A stretch of 64,000 nucleotides of DNA from assembly GCA_965237525.1 (NCBI GenBank), contig CBDEFO010000007.1, forward strand, positions 512,001 to 576,000, read 5' to 3'. The notes beneath the pieces were generated by a model, which was not told where the DNA came from, searched no databases, and worked only from the letters and a program-made list of their open reading frames with translations. Each line of letters opens with the position of its first letter. Position 1 is the first letter of the stretch. The stretch comes from Candidatus Latescibacterota bacterium. Its GTDB lineage: Bacteria > Latescibacterota > CBDEFO01. The position numbers were made by a program, and so were the translations under genes. Below, piece by piece: positions 59,559 through 64,000 of the stretch.

Positions 59559-61673
59559 GTGGATACAACAACGAACAGATCAATCGATACTGCCAGTGCC
59601 GACATCACCGAGCGCAAGCGGGAGGAGGAGGGGCTGAAAGAGTCAGAGACAAAGTATCAAGACCTCTACGATAACGCTCCGGATATGTTTGTATCAATAG
59701 ATGCTACGACAGCGAAAATTATCCGGTGTAACCGGACTTTCGCGACAGCTATGGGATACACCAAGGAAGAAATTATCGGACGCCCCATTTTCGATATGTG
59801 TCACCCCGATTGTATAGAGGATGTAAAAAAGGCCTTTCAGTTGTTTGTGGAGACCGGCGAGGTGCATGATGCTGAGCTTCAATTGAGACGAAAAGATGGA
59901 AGCAAAATTGAAGTTAGTTTAAATGTATCTGCTGTTCGCGATGATCAGGGTAATATCCTTCACAGCAGATCTATCTTGCGAGACATCACCGAGCGCAAGC
60001 AGGTAGAGGAGGCGCTGCAGGTGAAGACCAAACAACTGTCAGCAGTCACCAATGCAATGACAAGCTTCCTCATGAGCGGGAACTGGCAAGAGGCAACTGC
60101 TATTCTCCTGAGCAGCGCCTTAGAGCAGACGAACAGTGAGTACGGATTTGCAGGGGCTGTCGTGGATGAGCCGGGAGGGCAAGTCTTACGTATCCTTTCT
60201 CACGAAGGTATCATCTGGGATAAACATAGAGGGAGGAAGTTGTATGAGGACGCTATCGGTACCTATAAGCGGCTCGGCTACTTGACATTCCCAGACTTCG
60301 ACAATTTGTTCGGTAAAGTAATCACGAGCAAAGAGACGGTCATTGCTAACGATCCGGCAACTGATTCTCGTACTGGCGGCATCCCTGAGGGCCACCCATC
60401 CCTGAATCACTTCCTCGGAGTCCCCGTGCTCATGAAGGGGGAGGTCGTAGGGCTGATTGGCGTTGCCAATCGGTCAGGAGGATACACTAATGCTGAGCAG
60501 GCCAAGATCGAGATTCTGACTCAGGCAGCTGGAGTCCTCTACGATAGCTACCGTCAACAGCTCCGGGAGGATGTGCTCGAGAAGGAGCGCAAGCAGGCGG
60601 AAGAGGCATTGCAGGAAAGCGAAAGGCGTCTTCGCACCGTTGTTTCCAATGTGCCCATTGTCCTGTTCTCAATGGATAACAAGGGCGTGATTATGTTTGA
60701 AGACGGCAAAGGTATGAATGCTATAGGATTCAAGCCAGGCGAGAGCGTCGGAAAGTCGGTCTTTGAAGTGTACCGTGACGTGCCATATATTGTGGAAAGC
60801 GCTCGTCGCGCACTTTCCGGCAAAGAGTTGACTTTGATTGGGGAAGTGGGCGAGTTGACGTTCGAGGTTCGGTGTTCTCCGCTCCGAGACGAAAGAGGCC
60901 AAGTCACCGGCGTCATCGGCGTTGCTACCGACATCACCGAACGTAAGCACGTGGAAGAAACGCTGAGGCAACAGACGGCGGCTCTGAAGCGTTCCAATGC
61001 CGAACTGCAACAGTTTGCCTATGTGGCCTCGCACGACTTGCAGGAACCGCTGCGCATGGTATCCAGCTACACACAGCTCCTGGCGCGGCGCTACAAAGGC
61101 AAACTCGATGCCGACGAGTTCATCTCCTACGCCGTGGACGGCGCAAACAGGATGCAGATGCTGATCAACGACCTTTTAGCCTATTCTCGTGTGGGCACGC
61201 ACGGTAAGCCTTTCGAACCGACCGACTGCGAAGCCGTCTTTGACCGTGCCCTTGTTAATCTACAGACAGCGCTTGAGGAGAATAATGCGGTAGTGACCCA
61301 CAATCCCCTGCCTACTATAACGGCCGATGCCTCACAACTGGGGCAGCTATTTCAAAACCTTATTGGCAACGCCATCAAGTTCCACGTTGAGGAGCCACCA
61401 CGTGTCCACGTCTCAGCCGAGCAAAAAGGTGATGAATGGGTCTTTTCTGTCCGCGATAATGGCATCGGTATTGACCCGAAATACGCCGAACGCATCTTTG
61501 CGATCTCTCAGCGCCTGCACAGCAAGACCAAGTATCCCGGCACCGGCATCGGCCTTGCGATCTGCCAGAAGATTGTAGAACTCGACGGTGGACGAATCTG
61601 GGTGGAATCGGAGCCCGGAAAGGGCGCAATATTTTACTTCACAATCCCAACGAGAAAAGGTGAACAACCATGA
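59559..61673 (+). CDS. PAS-GAF-PAS sensor histidine kinase
   Basis: DITERK linkers, [30 protein letters not shown]. Confidence 0.93.
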   Translation: MDTTTNRSIDTASADITERKREEEGLKESETKYQDLYDNAPDMFVSIDATTAKIIRCNRTFATAMGYTKEEIIGRPIFDMCHPDCIEDVKKAFQLFVETGEVHDAELQLRRKDGSKIEVSLNVSAVRDDQGNILHSRSILRDITERKQVEEALQVKTKQLSAVTNAMTSFLMSGNWQEATAILLSSALEQTNSEYGFAGAVVDEPGGQVLRILSHEGIIWDKHRGRKLYEDAIGTYKRLGYLTFPDFDNLFGKVITSKETVIANDPATDSRTGGIPEGHPSLNHFLGVPVLMKGEVVGLIGVANRSGGYTNAEQAKIEILTQAAGVLYDSYRQQLREDVLEKERKQAEEALQESERRLRTVVSNVPIVLFSMDNKGVIMFEDGKGMNAIGFKPGESVGKSVFEVYRDVPYIVESARRALSGKELTLIGEVGELTFEVRCSPLRDERGQVTGVIGVATDITERKHVEETLRQQTAALKRSNAELQQFAYVASHDLQEPLRMVSSYTQLLARRYKGKLDADEFISYAVDGANRMQMLINDLLAYSRVGTHGKPFEPTDCEAVFDRALVNLQTALEENNAVVTHNPLPTITADASQLGQLFQNLIGNAIKFHVEEPPRVHVSAEQKGDEWVFSVRDNGIGIDPKYAERIFAISQRLHSKTKYPGTGIGLAICQKIVELDGGRIWVESEPGKGAIFYFTIPTRKGEQP

Positions 61674-62116
61674 ATATTGGACAGATCGGTAAGCTGGTTG
61701 AGATTTTGTTGGCGGAAGACAATCCTGGAGACGTGCGCCTGACAGTGGAAGCCCTCAAGGATGCCAAGATGCGTAACAATGTGAGCGTGGTCGAGGATGG
61801 CGCGGAGGCCATGACCTTCCTGCTCCGGGAGGGCAAATACGCCGACGTATCGCGTCCGGATGTCATCCTGCTCGACTTAAACCTGCCTAAGAAAAACGGC
61901 TTTGAGGTATTGGCTGAGATTAAAGAAGACTCCAGTTTAAAACGCATCCCGGTGGTGATTTTGACGACATCGGATTCCGAACAGGACATTCTTGAGACTT
62001 ACGATCTCCACGCGAATTGCTACATCACCAAACCGGTTGACCTGAGTCAGTTCACCAAGGTAGTGCAGACTATCGAGGATTTCTGGCTGGCTATCGTGAA
62101 ACTGCCGTCGGAATGA
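61670..62116 (+). CDS. Single-domain response regulator (Rcp1-like)
   Basis: [31 protein letters not shown]. Confidence 0.95.
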   Translation: MNIGQIGKLVEILLAEDNPGDVRLTVEALKDAKMRNNVSVVEDGAEAMTFLLREGKYADVSRPDVILLDLNLPKKNGFEVLAEIKEDSSLKRIPVVILTTSDSEQDILETYDLHANCYITKPVDLSQFTKVVQTIEDFWLAIVKLPSE

Positions 62117-62125
62117 GAGGACAAT

Positions 62126-63982
62126 ATGAACGCTGAGCCAATCAAAGTCCTGTTAGTTGAAGACAACCCAGGAGACGTCCGTCTGCTTAAAGAGATTTTA
62201 GCAAAAGCGGACAAAGATCAGTTCGAGTTGACGCATGTCGAGCGCCTCAACGAGGCCCTGAAACGTCTTGTTGAAGAGAGCTTTGACGTGATCTTGCTGG
62301 ATATCTCGCTGCCGGACAGCCAGGGGTTTGACACGTTCGTCAGGTCGCAAGCGCAAGCGCCAAGCGTGCCGATCATATTGTTGACTGGCCTTGACGATGA
62401 AGTGTTAGCAGTCAAGGCAGTACGAGAGGGCGCGCAGGATTATCTAGTCAAGGGTCAGGTGGATAGCAACCTGCTGAGGCGCGCCATACACTATTCAATT
62501 GAGCGACATCAGATGCTGGCAAAATTACAGGCCCGCGAAGCGAACTTCCGCAACGTCATAACCACTAATATTGATGGCATGATCATCGTAGACAAGAATA
62601 GAGTTATGCGTTTCGTCAACCCAGCTGCGGAAGCCCTTTTAGGCCGCAAAGCAGAGGAACTTCTGGGTGAATTATTTGACTTTCCTGTGGTGACAAGTGA
62701 AACAATGGAAGTTGAAATTATCCGCAAGGGTGGAGAAAGAGTCACAGTAGAACTGGGCGTGGTGGAAACAGAGTGGGAAGGTGAAATTGGCTACCTTGCA
62801 TCTCTTCGAGATATTACCGAACGCAAACACCTTGAGGATCAGGTTCGCCAGTCGCAGAAGATAGAGGCCGTCGGCAGACTGGCAGGAGGAGTGGCACACG
62901 ACTTCAACAACCAGATGATGGTAATTCTGGGCACTGTCAACTTAGCGATACCAGAACTTTCCCCCGATCATCCAGTCCACAGCGACCTGCAAGAGATTCG
63001 AAATGCCGGTCAGCGTGCTATGGATCTGACCAGTCGACTGTTAGCTTTCTCCCGACGGCAGATCGTTGAACCCCAAGTCCTCAATCCCAACGACCTGTTG
63101 CTCAACATCGACAAGATGTTCCGCCGTCTCATCGGTGAAGACATAGAACTTGTGATACTGCCAGAGCCAAATCTGGGGATGACCAAGATGGATCCTGGTC
63201 AGTTAGAGCAGGTTCTTGTCAACCTCGTCGTCAATGCGCGCGATGCTATGCCCGATGGGGGTAAACTCATAATTGAGACTGCCAACATCACACTGGACCA
63301 CGAGTATGCGCGCCAAGACCCTGAGATAACCCCCGGTGAGTATGTGATGCTGGTCGTTCGCGACACCGGTTGTGGGATGACCAAGGAGGTCAAGGAACAT
63401 CTTTTTGAGCCATTTTTCACCACGAAGGAGCAGGACAAGGGTACAGGGTTGGGTCTGTCGACTTGCTACGGGATAGTCAAGCAGAGTGGAGGTCACATTT
63501 TGGTTTACAGCGATCCTGGGAGAGGCTCGACATTCAAGATTTATCTGCCTTGTGTTGAGGGTGCCGCAGATGCCCTGCCTCAGCGTGACGAAGAAGGTAA
63601 CCCGCCGCGGGGGACTGAGACGGTGCTTTTGGTGGAAGATGAGCCATTGGTGCTAAAGCTTGTGTCCCGTGTGTTGGGCAGGCAGGGCTACACCGTTTTA
63701 GAGACGGCTAATGGTGAACAAGCTCTGCGCGTGGCCCGGGCATACGGAGAGGAGCCGATCCATCTCCTTTTGACCGATGTTGTGATGCCCCAGATGGGGG
63801 GTAAAGAGGTGGCTGACTGGTTTCAGGCTGTGTCCCCCAAGACGAAAGTGCTGTTCATGTCGGGCTACACGGACGACGCTATAGTCCGCCAAGATGTATT
63901 AGACACAGATGTTGCATTCCTGCAAAAGCCTGTCATGCCGGAAGTATTGGCGCGCAAGGTACGAGAGGTGATGGATACATAG
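62126..63982 (+). CDS. Hybrid REC-PAS-histidine kinase-REC protein
   Basis: AHDFNN, NLVVNARDAM, FEPFFTTK, GTGLGL; receiver domains at both ends. Confidence 0.95.
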   Translation: MNAEPIKVLLVEDNPGDVRLLKEILAKADKDQFELTHVERLNEALKRLVEESFDVILLDISLPDSQGFDTFVRSQAQAPSVPIILLTGLDDEVLAVKAVREGAQDYLVKGQVDSNLLRRAIHYSIERHQMLAKLQAREANFRNVITTNIDGMIIVDKNRVMRFVNPAAEALLGRKAEELLGELFDFPVVTSETMEVEIIRKGGERVTVELGVVETEWEGEIGYLASLRDITERKHLEDQVRQSQKIEAVGRLAGGVAHDFNNQMMVILGTVNLAIPELSPDHPVHSDLQEIRNAGQRAMDLTSRLLAFSRRQIVEPQVLNPNDLLLNIDKMFRRLIGEDIELVILPEPNLGMTKMDPGQLEQVLVNLVVNARDAMPDGGKLIIETANITLDHEYARQDPEITPGEYVMLVVRDTGCGMTKEVKEHLFEPFFTTKEQDKGTGLGLSTCYGIVKQSGGHILVYSDPGRGSTFKIYLPCVEGAADALPQRDEEGNPPRGTETVLLVEDEPLVLKLVSRVLGRQGYTVLETANGEQALRVARAYGEEPIHLLLTDVVMPQMGGKEVADWFQAVSPKTKVLFMSGYTDDAIVRQDVLDTDVAFLQKPVMPEVLARKVREVMDT

Positions 63983-64000
63983 CCGTGCTGGACACAGGGG

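Overview
A mosaic, decaying bacterial chromosomal region. The gene families (C-terminal 'WGRIK' motif, FlgD-Ig/T9SS-like tails, CRTAC1/FG-GAP proteins, PhyH dioxygenases) suggest a Latescibacterota/Poribacteria-like organism, which is an inference. Left part (0-22 kb): secreted and surface proteins, a GT39-TPR glycosyltransferase, a TolB-like propeller and a TPR-CRTAC1-CRTAC1 operon. Middle (22-44 kb): catabolic enzymes. Right part: an IS1595 element carrying a restriction-modification cargo, a cusCBA-like efflux operon, a sigma70 fragment cut by an IS1182-type element, and a PAS/GAF two-component cluster. Main structure not shown by the ORF track: (1) a 21-bp mini-palindrome CCCCGATAGATTCAATCGGGG at 10 loci. 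It is present or absent between sister copies of a MITE, nests inside itself and marks a deletion junction, so it behaves like a tiny mobile unit. (2) A remnant integron with its integrase in reverse orientation (intI 3' fragment, attI, PhyH cassette, 19-bp collapsed attC, HIT cassette, 133-bp attC, duplicate PhyH cassette). (3) A 31 x 16-bp spacer-less tandem array with variants at one end. (4) A ~236-bp MITE in three copies inserted at C/TA/G. No rRNA, tRNA or CRISPR array was found.
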